Positions 47,389-57,457 of a stretch of DNA of 64,000 bases are shown here, one piece after another. The DNA is taken from the NCBI GenBank assembly GCA_029249345.1, contig JAQWHM010000017.1, positions 262,456 to 326,455 on the forward strand, read 5' to 3'. The translations under genes and the position numbers were made by a program. The notes under the pieces are model-generated. The model did no database searches. It was not told the DNA's origin and saw nothing but the letters and a program-made list of their open reading frames with translations. The stretch is from Rhodothermales bacterium. Lineage in GTDB: Bacteria > Bacteroidota > Rhodothermia > Rhodothermales > UBA10348. Each line of letters starts with the position of its first letter. Position 1 is the stretch's first letter.

Positions 47389-48891
47389 ATGGAAATACAC
47401 TCAAGCCCATTAACAATCGAGACCTCAAGGCATCTTCTCAGACGTCTTTGCTTCGGCTGTACGTTAGATGAAGCGCAGGCGTTGGTTGGACGTCAAGCAA
47501 AAGACGTTGTCGATGAATTCTTTGAAGCGGCATTTGACAGCCTAACTCCCGAAGATCCATGGTGGACGGAAGTTTTACCCCCGCCAAATGGGTCTACCTC
47601 CAATGCAAGACGGGTTTTTAACCAGCAAAATCGGGAATGGCGTGATGACATCACCTATGACTGGTTCAAGGAAATGTATGCCGACCGGGTCAGTCAACGA
47701 CTTACGCTATTCTGGCACGATCACTTCGTGACCAGTTATGATGCGTACTACTACACCGCTTGGGGATATCGGTACAAAAAATTGCTCCGCGAGAACGCGA
47801 TGGGCAGTTTCAAAAGATTTGTTCGAGCAATTGGATTAGATCCGGCCATGCTTAGGTACTTGGATGGCCGTTCCAATACCGTGTATGCACCTAATGAGAA
47901 CTATGCGCGTGAGCTCTTAGAGCTGTTTACCATGGGTCCTATCGGTCCGGACGGAACGCCCAATTACTCTGAAACAGATATCCGAGAAATCGCCAGAGCG
48001 CTAACCGGATATATCACCATGGTTCCTCAGTCCTGGTACGCCAGGTTATACGGTCCTAGGCACGACAAAGAGGACAAGACGTTTTTCGGACAAACCGGAA
48101 ACTTTGGTTATGACGATGTGGTCAACATTTTGTTTGAGGAACGATCCGAACAAATTGCTCACTTCATTTCGAAAAAAATGTTGGTTGAGTTTGTCGGGCA
48201 AAATCCAGACGCCGCCTCAGTTACCGAGCTTTCGAGGGTCTTGTTAGACTCGAATTTCAGTTTATTACACACATTTAAGGCACTTTTTTCCAGTAAGACC
48301 TTTTTCCAACAGGCCATCAGTGGCTCCAGAATCAAATCCCCTGTTGAGATATTTCTGGGACATTATGTAGAAATGGGCGTCCCGCCCAACAGGGATCAAT
48401 CTACCTACTTGTTGACCGCCTGCTCAGTAATGGGTCAAAAGCTTCTGGCCCCTCCTAACGTCGCGGGATGGCCGGGACATCGAAATTGGATTTCCACCAA
48501 TACGCTGACCTTGCGCTGGGCCTACTCAGATGCGATTCTTCGCAGGGAAATGTCTGATGAAAACATGGTCGAGTTTGCTCGAAGGCATATTCAACCAGGG
48601 TCTACCCATCCAGCGGTAGATGTGGCTCTTTCAATAGCTGAGCACTGTTTTTCTATTCCAATGGAGTGGATTGAGGTTCCAAGCATCGACGAACCTTTCG
48701 AAGGAGACCTGCACGAACTGCCCTTACCGAGCAGTCTACTGGACGGACCGGAATACAAAATCAACCTAGTCAAGCTGTTTTTGAATGGCCTACCTTGGTA
48801 CGAGTGGAACCTGGAAACGGATGGTGGCCGAGATCGGGTTTCCCAATACATGAGAAGGCTGATTCAATTTCCAGAATATCAGTTGATGTAA
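47389..48891 (+). CDS. DUF1800-like family protein
   Basis: N-terminal HLLRRLCFG, LFWHDHF, ARELLELFTMG and NVAGWPG motifs as I recall for DUF1800. No signal peptide visible. Paired with a DUF1501-like gene. Confidence 0.7.
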   Translation: MEIHSSPLTIETSRHLLRRLCFGCTLDEAQALVGRQAKDVVDEFFEAAFDSLTPEDPWWTEVLPPPNGSTSNARRVFNQQNREWRDDITYDWFKEMYADRVSQRLTLFWHDHFVTSYDAYYYTAWGYRYKKLLRENAMGSFKRFVRAIGLDPAMLRYLDGRSNTVYAPNENYARELLELFTMGPIGPDGTPNYSETDIREIARALTGYITMVPQSWYARLYGPRHDKEDKTFFGQTGNFGYDDVVNILFEERSEQIAHFISKKMLVEFVGQNPDAASVTELSRVLLDSNFSLLHTFKALFSSKTFFQQAISGSRIKSPVEIFLGHYVEMGVPPNRDQSTYLLTACSVMGQKLLAPPNVAGWPGHRNWISTNTLTLRWAYSDAILRREMSDENMVEFARRHIQPGSTHPAVDVALSIAEHCFSIPMEWIEVPSIDEPFEGDLHELPLPSSLLDGPEYKINLVKLFLNGLPWYEWNLETDGGRDRVSQYMRRLIQFPEYQLM

Positions 48892-48895
48892 TACT

Positions 48896-50521
48896 ATGTG
48901 CAATCACTCACATCAACCTACCACGATTGGAACGAGCCTCAAAGATGGTATTCATCACGACAAGGCTCATTTTCGTTGGTCCAGAAGACAGTTTCTGAAG
49001 GGCTTAGGGCTCGCTGCTTCAGGAGTGACCATGGGGCTAAACGGGCGCCCCGTAAAAGCCTTCCACACCTCCCCACTGCTTCAAAAACTAGCAGGAGCGA
49101 AATCGAACCGCGTTCTGGTTCTCGTTCAACTCTCAGGAGGTAACGATGGATTGAACATGGTCGTACCGTACAGCGATCCAGAGTACTACAGAGTCCGCCC
49201 TTCCATCGCTATCCCGGGCTCCGATGTCATTCCACTGACCGATCACACTGGGCTTCATCCCAATTTGGCACCGTTTGAGTCCCTGTATGGGGATGGAGTT
49301 ATGCAAGTGCTACACGGGGTAGGATATGACAACCCTGCTCTTTCACACTTTACCTCCACCGATGTATGGATGACCGCTGGAAGCGCCAACGACGTCGGTT
49401 CTAGTGGTTGGTTAGGGAGATATCTTGAAGCATCCAATCCGGAACTACTTGCTGCCCCCCCAGACCATCCTTATGCGCTACAGCTTGGTAGCGGTTCGCC
49501 ATTACTCTTTCAAGGAAACACCTCGAGTCTGGGTGTTCAGTTTCCCAACTTGAGCCTGCTCGAACGATTTGTTGAGGAAGGAATTTTGTTTGACGAGGAA
49601 TTCGTTCCAGACACTCCGTTTGGTCACGAACTATCCTACATACGTTCCATTGCAAACGACTCGTTTCATTTTGCGGAATCTATTCAGACGGCATCTGAAA
49701 CCGGAGCTAATCTTACCGAATACCCATCTACCAACGGACTTTCGGGAAATATGGCCGTTACGGCCCGGCTCATTCGAGGTGGTTTAGGAGCCAACCTTTA
49801 CCATCTCAATTTAGGTGGTTTTGACACGCATTCAAGCCAGATTTCCCGACATCGATCCTTAATGGATCAATTGTCCGCTGCCATCTCAGCCTTTATGACA
49901 GACCTGGCCACTGATGGGTTAGATCAGGAGGTCCTAGTCATGACCTTCTCCGAATTTGGTCGACGCGTATATCAGAATGGATCCGGTGGTACAGACCACG
50001 GCACCTCTGCACCGCTCTTTATGTTTGGCGGCGGTGTCACGGGGGGAATAATCGGAGAACAACCGAGTCTGACCGATTTGGCCCCAGGTGGTAACCTCAA
50101 GCACGGCATAGACTTCCGAGGACTTTACTCGTCTATACTAAGAGATTGGTTTGGTTTGTCAGAAGACGATGTACTGGATGTAATGGGAGCGAGTTTTACT
50201 CCACTTCCTATCATTGATTCTACATTTATTACATCATCCGAATCGGTTCATCTGCCTGTTTCTGCACGCCTCACTGGGAACTACCCCAATCCCTTCAGAA
50301 ACCGGACCACGATTGAAATTGAGCTTGATCGGTCGCAGCATATTCGCCTGGAGATTTTCGACCTCCAAGGCAGAAACCTGACCACTCTTTCCAACCGCAT
50401 GGTTTCAGCGGGCACACACCGCATTTCTTTTGCTGCCGAAAATCTCCCTTCCGGCAGCTACTTTGCTAGGTTAACAAGCCGGTCTGGATCTCAAACTCAC
50501 AAATTAAGCGTAATTCGCTGA
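48896..50521 (+). CDS. DUF1501-like (sulfatase-fold) protein with twin-arginine signal and T9SS C-terminal sorting domain
   Basis: WSRRQFLKGLGLAASGV Tat motif; LSGGNDGLN, GGFDTH and TFSEFGRR...GTDHG motifs. C-terminal NYPNPFRNRTTIEIEL...LPSGSYFARL is a T9SS type-A CTD pattern. Confidence 0.75.
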   Translation: MCNHSHQPTTIGTSLKDGIHHDKAHFRWSRRQFLKGLGLAASGVTMGLNGRPVKAFHTSPLLQKLAGAKSNRVLVLVQLSGGNDGLNMVVPYSDPEYYRVRPSIAIPGSDVIPLTDHTGLHPNLAPFESLYGDGVMQVLHGVGYDNPALSHFTSTDVWMTAGSANDVGSSGWLGRYLEASNPELLAAPPDHPYALQLGSGSPLLFQGNTSSLGVQFPNLSLLERFVEEGILFDEEFVPDTPFGHELSYIRSIANDSFHFAESIQTASETGANLTEYPSTNGLSGNMAVTARLIRGGLGANLYHLNLGGFDTHSSQISRHRSLMDQLSAAISAFMTDLATDGLDQEVLVMTFSEFGRRVYQNGSGGTDHGTSAPLFMFGGGVTGGIIGEQPSLTDLAPGGNLKHGIDFRGLYSSILRDWFGLSEDDVLDVMGASFTPLPIIDSTFITSSESVHLPVSARLTGNYPNPFRNRTTIEIELDRSQHIRLEIFDLQGRNLTTLSNRMVSAGTHRISFAAENLPSGSYFARLTSRSGSQTHKLSVIR

Positions 50522-50584
50522 GTAGCCGATTCCGTGCCGGTTACTCAGCTCAAATGGGGCAAAACCGGTGTGTCGTCCTATGTC

Positions 50585-52552
50585 TTAGGCTTCCACTGGG
50601 GTGGCCTTTAAGACAGAGTCTCCGGGGAATTGCTGAATATGATCTTTCTGCACCTTCTTACCCGAACCTGCCGCATGAGGAGCTGCTTCGTGGATATAGA
50701 AATCACCATTCGATAGTGAATCATTGTAGGTTCTGGCTGCTGCAGCGGCAGTAGCCATACTTGAATCCGCATTCGTCCTCAATCCAGCGATTTCTTGCTC
50801 GATTCTGAGTTCGAGTAGATCGAATGCATGCTCAAAAAAGGCACGGTCATGCGCCAAGGCCGGATCATTATTCTGAATTTGAAGATCTACTCGTGAAAGA
50901 ATGGATACCATGGCAAAAATGTACGTTGCACTATCTGCGAGTCGCGCTTGCGGTGCTTGCCGTACAACAATCTGCTCAGCATGCCATTTTGAGGCCATTT
51001 TGAACATATGGGTATGCTGCTGAATCAGACGAGCTAGTCGATCGGCATGACCTACCAATTCTGAACTTTTGGGTTCAATGCTAGGCGCCTTCTTTTTAAT
51101 ACCCAGAAAGAGCTCTGTGGCCAGCGGAATGGCTCGTGCCATTACTTTGGGATTGACCATCCCCGAAAGAATGCGACTCAGGTTAGCTCCTAAGGATTCA
51201 TCCGAATCCCAGGTAAGACGTTGCTGAATGCCCAACATCTGCTCAGCTAGCTGCTTACCACCGTACCCAAATATGAACGGCTGCATCACTTCGTTGGAGC
51301 CTTCGACAATGCGATGAATCCGGTTGTCTCGCCAAATCCTATCGATCTCATTTTCAGTAACGTATCCTTCACCGCCCATGATTTCGAGCGCGTCGTCTAT
51401 GATTTCCCAACCAAGCTGAGAGCAAAAGACTTTAGTTATCGCAGTCTCGACCATAATATCGGAATCTCCCCGATCCAACATGCCCGTCATCAGGTAGAGC
51501 ATGGAATCCATGGCGTAGCTAAAAGCGTGCATACGCGCGACGCGCTGTTGTACCAATTCAAAATCGGCTAGCGGACGATCGAACTGATATCGAGTCTGAA
51601 CCCATTTCGTAGCTTGATCTGTAGCTCTTTTGGCGGCTCCTGCAATTCCTGCAGATAACGTGCAGCGTCCAAAGTTCAGACAGGTAAGAGCGACGTGAAG
51701 TCCCCTACCCTCTTCGTGAAGCAAGTTTTCGCGAGGCACACGGACGTTGTTGAAGCGAATTCGCCCCTGCCAGGTCCCTCTAATGCCCACTTTAGAGCGG
51801 TTTTTTTCAAAAACATCTACTCCTTCCATATCAGGCGTCAAAATGAGCGCTGACACCTTTTTACGACCACCCACCATCTGATTCGCCATCACAGTGAACA
51901 TCCCACTGAGCGCTCCCGATGTACTCCACTTCTTCTCACCATTCAATATATAGTGCGATCCATCCTCACTAAGTTCACAGCGGGTCTCCTGCCCAGCTGC
52001 ATCGGATCCGACATTGGGCTCCGAGAGACAAAATGCAGACAAGTACTTCCGTGCTACGCCTGGTAGGAAGGTCTGCTTCTGCTTGTCACTACCAAATAGC
52101 ATGATAGCCTTACAGCCAATGGATTGGTGAGCAGACACCATAACGGAAGTTGAACCACAATAGGCCCCAATCATCGACAAGACTCTGTTATAGCTCGTGA
52201 TGCCGAGCCCCAGCCCTTCGTACTCCACAGGTACCGTCATCCCCATGACACCCATGTCAAACAGACGCTGTATAACCCATTCCGGGATGTACTCCTTCTG
52301 ATCAATCTCTATGGAAGGGTGCTCATTCTTGAGGTAGGTCTCTAACTCAAGCAATAGCGCATCACAGCGCTGTTTCTCCTCAGATGAAACATTCGGATAT
52401 GGAAATACTAAGTCACTTCTGAAATTTCCCCAAAACAGATTCTTGGCGAACCCCATTTGCTTTGGTTCTGGACCCATCATCCGTTCGATATCCGCAATCA
52501 TTTTGCGGTCTTGGTCAGAAACGTTTTTGAGCTTTAAGTTATCGAGAGCCAT
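50585..52552 (-). CDS. long-form acyl-CoA dehydrogenase
   Basis: 655 aa. ACAD core motifs (CLSEPNVGSDA, KKWSTSG, GGEGY) plus a C-terminal helical extension. Confidence 0.88.
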   Translation of the reverse strand: MALDNLKLKNVSDQDRKMIADIERMMGPEPKQMGFAKNLFWGNFRSDLVFPYPNVSSEEKQRCDALLLELETYLKNEHPSIEIDQKEYIPEWVIQRLFDMGVMGMTVPVEYEGLGLGITSYNRVLSMIGAYCGSTSVMVSAHQSIGCKAIMLFGSDKQKQTFLPGVARKYLSAFCLSEPNVGSDAAGQETRCELSEDGSHYILNGEKKWSTSGALSGMFTVMANQMVGGRKKVSALILTPDMEGVDVFEKNRSKVGIRGTWQGRIRFNNVRVPRENLLHEEGRGLHVALTCLNFGRCTLSAGIAGAAKRATDQATKWVQTRYQFDRPLADFELVQQRVARMHAFSYAMDSMLYLMTGMLDRGDSDIMVETAITKVFCSQLGWEIIDDALEIMGGEGYVTENEIDRIWRDNRIHRIVEGSNEVMQPFIFGYGGKQLAEQMLGIQQRLTWDSDESLGANLSRILSGMVNPKVMARAIPLATELFLGIKKKAPSIEPKSSELVGHADRLARLIQQHTHMFKMASKWHAEQIVVRQAPQARLADSATYIFAMVSILSRVDLQIQNNDPALAHDRAFFEHAFDLLELRIEQEIAGLRTNADSSMATAAAAARTYNDSLSNGDFYIHEAAPHAAGSGKKVQKDHIQQFPGDSVLKATPVEA

Positions 52553-52729
52553 GTGCGTACGAATATCCGTTGATGTAAAGAGAAAAATCGGCTAATACAC
52601 GCACAATACGTCGATAATGACGATAACCTGGCGTGTAGAGCATTGATTCTTCGCTGCTAGGTGAACAGTGTTAACCTACTTATGTACCCCAGCGTTCCTG
52701 AGTAGTATATTCCAGAACCAAATTTTCAC

Positions 52730-53563
52730 ATGACCACAGATTTAAACCGTGTGCCAGTGACGTTTTCCGAGCGCCTATCTACCCTCCGATCCTCCAAACA
52801 GTCCGTGCTGTGCGTTGGATTAGATCCTGACCCATCCCGTTTGCCAAGTCACCTTCTTTCGGCACATCCACTACCCGCCGCGGTAGAGTTTTTCTGCCGT
52901 GAGATTGTTGAAAGCACGTCGGACCAAGCGGTCGCCTTCAAAATGAACTTTGCCTTTTTTGAGGCCTTGGGAGATTCGGGACTTCAAGTCTTGCGATCTG
53001 TCCTGAATGGTATCCCCTCCGACGTTCTAACAATTGCAGATGCCAAAAGAGGTGACATTGGAAATTCAGCAGGGTTTTATGCGCACTCCGTATTTGATGA
53101 CTTGGGTTTTGATAGTGTAACGGTTAGTCCATACATGGGAGAGGACTCCGTGGCTCCTTTTTTGACCCAAACCGGTACCTGTACCTTTGTCTTAGCTCGA
53201 ACATCGAATCCCGGTGGAGCTGACTTTCAACTATTAGACGTGGGTGGCGAACCCCTTTACCGAAAAGTGGCAAGAGACGCAGTGTCTTGGTCTACAGACA
53301 CGCCGGGCACCACAGGACTGGTAGTTGGGGCCACGGACGTTGAAACCATGAGTGATCTGAGACACATGTTGCCAGAGACTCCTTTTCTGATTCCTGGCGT
53401 AGGCTCGCAGGGCGGTTCGGCAGCTGATGTCATGCAGGCTTCAGGAAACGGTCCAGTGCTAGTGAACAGTAGTCGAGGCATTATTTACGCCGGGAATGAT
53501 CAAGACTTTGCCAAAGTAGCGAGAAACGCCGCCATTCAAACCAGAACGGAACTGGGAGCATGA
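52730..53563 (+). CDS. pyrF: orotidine-5'-phosphate decarboxylase (type 2)
   Basis: LCVGLDP, FKMNFAFFE, DAKRGDIGNS and PGVGSQGG motifs. Confidence 0.92.
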   Translation: MTTDLNRVPVTFSERLSTLRSSKQSVLCVGLDPDPSRLPSHLLSAHPLPAAVEFFCREIVESTSDQAVAFKMNFAFFEALGDSGLQVLRSVLNGIPSDVLTIADAKRGDIGNSAGFYAHSVFDDLGFDSVTVSPYMGEDSVAPFLTQTGTCTFVLARTSNPGGADFQLLDVGGEPLYRKVARDAVSWSTDTPGTTGLVVGATDVETMSDLRHMLPETPFLIPGVGSQGGSAADVMQASGNGPVLVNSSRGIIYAGNDQDFAKVARNAAIQTRTELGA

Positions 53564-53856
53564 TTATTCGAATGGTCCAACTAACCATCCGCCCAGATGC
53601 GTTAGACGAATTTAAGGCCCTCTTCGAGAGCATTAAACACAAGATTCGAGCCAGTGAAGGTTGCCATGACCTGGAACTGCTTAGTGATGTACGCTACCCC
53701 AATGTGGTTAGTACCCTGAGTAAATGGGAAAGTGAAGCAGCTCTAGAGGCGTACAGACAATCAGAGTTGTTTCGCTCGTCTTGGAAGGCATCAAAGCGGT
53801 TGTTTGCTGCGCGGCCTACGGCTTCGAGCCACGTCATAATCAGCGAAACATCATAA
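53560..53856 (+). CDS. antibiotic-biosynthesis-monooxygenase (ABM/Dabb) family protein
   Basis: 98 aa, ferredoxin-like pattern (FKALFESIKHKIRASEGC...WESEAALEAYRQSELF). Start overlaps the pyrF stop (ATGA). Confidence 0.75.
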   Translation: MIIRMVQLTIRPDALDEFKALFESIKHKIRASEGCHDLELLSDVRYPNVVSTLSKWESEAALEAYRQSELFRSSWKASKRLFAARPTASSHVIISETS

Positions 53857-53887
53857 CCCACCAAACGCGGTAATTCCGACGGCCCGC

Positions 53888-55888
53888 TCAATAAGACAAA
53901 TTTATTCCGAATCGGGCGCTTCTACCGGGAGCAGGCAAACCGAGCTGAGGCAATTGAACAGCATTTGTAATGTTGTCAACACCAGCATAAAGCTCTAAGA
54001 ACATGCCAGAAGAACTAAAGTACCGGTTAGTTGAAAGACGGGACCCCATCACTGTACTCGTCGGTAATCGAACCTGACTGTTGTCTTCCGCTAGTCCATA
54101 TGCAACACCCGTGTATACCAGGCCTGTTTGAACCTTTAGATTGGGAATCAAAGACACTTCTGCATTTAGGGTAATGAGTACTTCGGGTTTCTCGGTTAAA
54201 TGACGGTTTCCATCCTCATTCAGTGAAATCGGCCTTAGCCACGTGGCGTGACCATCGATAGAAACGTGTTCTCCAATCACGCCAATCCCTGACGCCTCGA
54301 TGCCGACGGTCCTCGAACCATCCAGATTGATTCGTTTTCTTTTTGTCCGCTCTCCAACTACCACATTCGTTTGATCTATGGTGTCCGTCGTTCTTCGCAC
54401 AAACGCTACCATATCAAAGGATAGGCGCTCGCCCTGCTTTTGAATCCCGGATTCCGCCATCCAGGTTCGCTCGCTCTTTAGTGCCTCATTTAATTCAAAT
54501 CGATTCAGCGCTGTACCAAATAGCTCCCGCATAGTCGGAAATCTTGTCTTACTCCCTGCATTGGCCGTAATACTCACGGATTCAGAGATCGGATACGTCC
54601 CTTCAAGATTGAATCCCGGTTCAACAAAAGCATCACGCCCCGGTTTATCACCCGTTTCCGGTGTCTGCATAATGTCCAAAGAGGCGCCCACAATCCAGGT
54701 GGAGCGTGAAGAAACACCACTTGCTAGTTCACTTCCAACCGAAAGCATTCGCTGACGATACGATTGCTCAGGCCTTACCAACTTTCCTGTTGTCGAAAAA
54801 TCAGTATCGATTTGGTCATGAGATGCGGTGGAAACAATAGCGAAATTTCGCAGGTCCAAAGATGCCACTCGGCGCTCAGCTACGAAGCGAGCGCCTGCTC
54901 CCAAATCGGTATCTCGTTGCTGACTTTCCAATTCGTCGTAAGTGGCCGAAGTGTACTGATCAATACGTTGGCGAAACCGAGTCATCCATCCAGTCGAAAA
55001 TACCTGAAAGCCGACCAGCTCCCGCGTGGCACTGACTATAGCCATGCTGTTTTGCCAGACTGGATATCGCCAGTACCTAACTCGACTCGTTAGTGGATCC
55101 AAGTGTCCTTCAGGCGCGACCCCTTTTTCAGCATCTGCATGGAGAAGCGTAAGACCGATGGATCCTTTTTCGTACTCCCGCTCAAACCTGAAGTATCCAG
55201 TAGAAGAGCGACGATCCGTATTTACCCTTACATCGTCCCGCGCATCAAAAGGCACATTCACTTGATTGGGTACGGAATACGCGCTCCTAGATTCATGCGA
55301 TCCTCCAATCAATATCGATGAACGCTCCCCTCGATGAGCAAACATGCCTCTGCCCAGACGAGATTCAAACGAACCACCCTGAAACGAGACCTCTGCAATT
55401 CGAGACCCTTGTCCGAGGCGCCTACTCTGGAGATTGATAACCCCTCCAGAAACGTTGGGCCCATACGCTCCACTGACGGCACCTTGCTCAGAGGACACAT
55501 CTCCTAACACGGTTGAGGGTACTAGACTCAAATCAATACGATTATCCCACGGAATGTTAAGCGGTGCTCCATCCAGAAAAACAGCTACTTGGCGCTCTCC
55601 GACTCCTCGAATGTATACGAGGGTCTCACCGCGGGAGTTCGTCTGGATATGAGCCGAAGGCAACTGCCTTAAGACGCCTGCCACGTCTGGACGGTCTTGA
55701 GACGCCAATCTGGCTAAACCAACGCGGTATACTCGGTTGAATTGTTGCTCTTGGCGAGCCTGACCACCTATAACAATTTCAGACAGGTCGTAAGACGCAA
55801 GGGAATCTTTTTCTACTTGTGCATCCGCATGAACAGGTAGAAAAATGACCCACACAAGAACCCATATCAACAAGCGGCTCAATGACAT
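53888..55888 (-). CDS. TonB-dependent receptor
   Basis: Signal peptide MSLSRLLIWVLVWVIFLPVHADAQ, plug domain (VYIRGVGERQVAVFLDGAPLN) and a long barrel ending FGINLSY. ATG 55888 preferred over the 56005 ORF-track start. Confidence 0.88.
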   Translation of the reverse strand: MSLSRLLIWVLVWVIFLPVHADAQVEKDSLASYDLSEIVIGGQARQEQQFNRVYRVGLARLASQDRPDVAGVLRQLPSAHIQTNSRGETLVYIRGVGERQVAVFLDGAPLNIPWDNRIDLSLVPSTVLGDVSSEQGAVSGAYGPNVSGGVINLQSRRLGQGSRIAEVSFQGGSFESRLGRGMFAHRGERSSILIGGSHESRSAYSVPNQVNVPFDARDDVRVNTDRRSSTGYFRFEREYEKGSIGLTLLHADAEKGVAPEGHLDPLTSRVRYWRYPVWQNSMAIVSATRELVGFQVFSTGWMTRFRQRIDQYTSATYDELESQQRDTDLGAGARFVAERRVASLDLRNFAIVSTASHDQIDTDFSTTGKLVRPEQSYRQRMLSVGSELASGVSSRSTWIVGASLDIMQTPETGDKPGRDAFVEPGFNLEGTYPISESVSITANAGSKTRFPTMRELFGTALNRFELNEALKSERTWMAESGIQKQGERLSFDMVAFVRRTTDTIDQTNVVVGERTKRKRINLDGSRTVGIEASGIGVIGEHVSIDGHATWLRPISLNEDGNRHLTEKPEVLITLNAEVSLIPNLKVQTGLVYTGVAYGLAEDNSQVRLPTSTVMGSRLSTNRYFSSSGMFLELYAGVDNITNAVQLPQLGLPAPGRSARFGINLSY

Positions 55889-56009
55889 AGCACCCTTGAA
55901 TTCAAATATAATTGATAATATCCAGAACGAAGCATCTCCACAGCTACCTTTTCGGGAGCTTTGATGGCGGAGTGCTACGTTTCCACGCTCTTCCTTTCCA
56001 ATCATCGAA

Positions 56010-57269
56010 TTAAATGATCGTTCCGTCCGGAATCTGACAGTTTTTCGGAATAACTACGATGCCGTCTCGAATGAAGTATCCATCACCATCGAAATGATCA
56101 TATCCTGTTTCATTAAGAATCTTGCAGTCCTTCCCAATACTCGCATTTCGGTCAACGATAGTGCGACGAATTTTAGTACCGTCTCCAATACCTGGCTGAT
56201 CCGGGCCATCCATTAATATTCGATCTGCAGGGTCATGCCAACGGAAGTAATCATTTCCCATGACTACCGTTTCATCCAACTCGACATCATCTCCAATGAA
56301 ACTGCGAAGACCAATGACCGAGTTCGTAATCCGCGACTTCCCAATAACACTTGCTTCCGCAATGATCGAGTGATTTACTCTCGAATGTTGAAATTTCGCG
56401 GGCTGTAGCATGCGGGCATTCGTGTATATCGGCATTTCCGGATTGTACAGGTCAAAATCAGGTCTTGGCCTCGTTAACATCAGATTCGCGTCAAAAAATG
56501 ACTTGATGGTTCCGATATCACTCCAATATCCCTCGAAAGCATAACTCGCTACTCTGTGCGAGGAAAGTGCGGACGGGATAATCTCCTTTCCAAAGTCGTG
56601 GGCGTCCTGATGACGCTCAAACAACTCTTTCAGAACTTTTGCAGAGAAAATATAGATGCCCATAGAAGCAAGATATATACGACCTTGCTGCTCCATTTCA
56701 TCTGAAACACTACTGCTTTTCCCTTCCAGATCTTCAACATCAGGTTTTTCATAAAACTCGGTGATCAAACCCTCTGAGTTGGTCTTCAAAATTCCAAAAC
56801 CCGGTGCATCCGAGGCATCAACCGGGATAGAGGCAATCGTAACATCAGCGTTGGTAGCACGATGATGAGCCAACATCTTCTGATAGTCCATCGTATAGAG
56901 TTGGTCACCAGAAAGGATGAGCACCTCATCATGACGGTAATGCTGCACGTGCTGCATACTTTGTCGAACCGCATCTGCCGTGCCTTGAAACCACTCTTTT
57001 GAAAACGGAGTCTGCTCAGCCGCCAAAATGTTCACAAATCCATGTCGAAACTTGTCGAAACGATAGGTTTGGCTAATGTGTCGATTCAAACTCGCTGAAT
57101 TGTATTGGGTCACCACAAATATCTGATTGATATCTGAATTGATACAATTCGAGACCGGAATATCAATTAATCGATACTTCCCTGCCAGAGGCACAGCTGG
57201 TTTGGACCGGTGATGAGTTAATGGAAACAGGCGAGAACCAGCTCCCCCTCCGAGAATGATAGAAATCAT
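56010..57269 (-). CDS. glgC: glucose-1-phosphate adenylyltransferase
   Basis: ILGGGAGSRLFPLT, FQGTADAV and a C-terminal left-handed beta-helix repeat region. ATG 57269 preferred. Confidence 0.92.
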   Translation of the reverse strand: MISIILGGGAGSRLFPLTHHRSKPAVPLAGKYRLIDIPVSNCINSDINQIFVVTQYNSASLNRHISQTYRFDKFRHGFVNILAAEQTPFSKEWFQGTADAVRQSMQHVQHYRHDEVLILSGDQLYTMDYQKMLAHHRATNADVTIASIPVDASDAPGFGILKTNSEGLITEFYEKPDVEDLEGKSSSVSDEMEQQGRIYLASMGIYIFSAKVLKELFERHQDAHDFGKEIIPSALSSHRVASYAFEGYWSDIGTIKSFFDANLMLTRPRPDFDLYNPEMPIYTNARMLQPAKFQHSRVNHSIIAEASVIGKSRITNSVIGLRSFIGDDVELDETVVMGNDYFRWHDPADRILMDGPDQPGIGDGTKIRRTIVDRNASIGKDCKILNETGYDHFDGDGYFIRDGIVVIPKNCQIPDGTII

Positions 57270-57457
57270 GGATAGCTCCAATAGGTTTACGGAGTCAAAC
57301 CTACGCCTGAACAACTGAACGGTCAACGCCGGACCTTGCCGCTCACCTCTATTAACCGAATTATAATGTGCCGCGCCGGAGGATCGTCAATAATTGGTGC
57401 TCCGTGAAACTCGACTCTACTCCTCGTGTAGACTGTGCAACTCATTTCATTTGAAGC

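Noticed and set aside
55889-56009. Cobalamin or other riboswitch upstream of the TonB-dependent receptor
   Set aside because: Only about 120 nt are available between glgC and the receptor start. No B12-box-like sequence was recognised.
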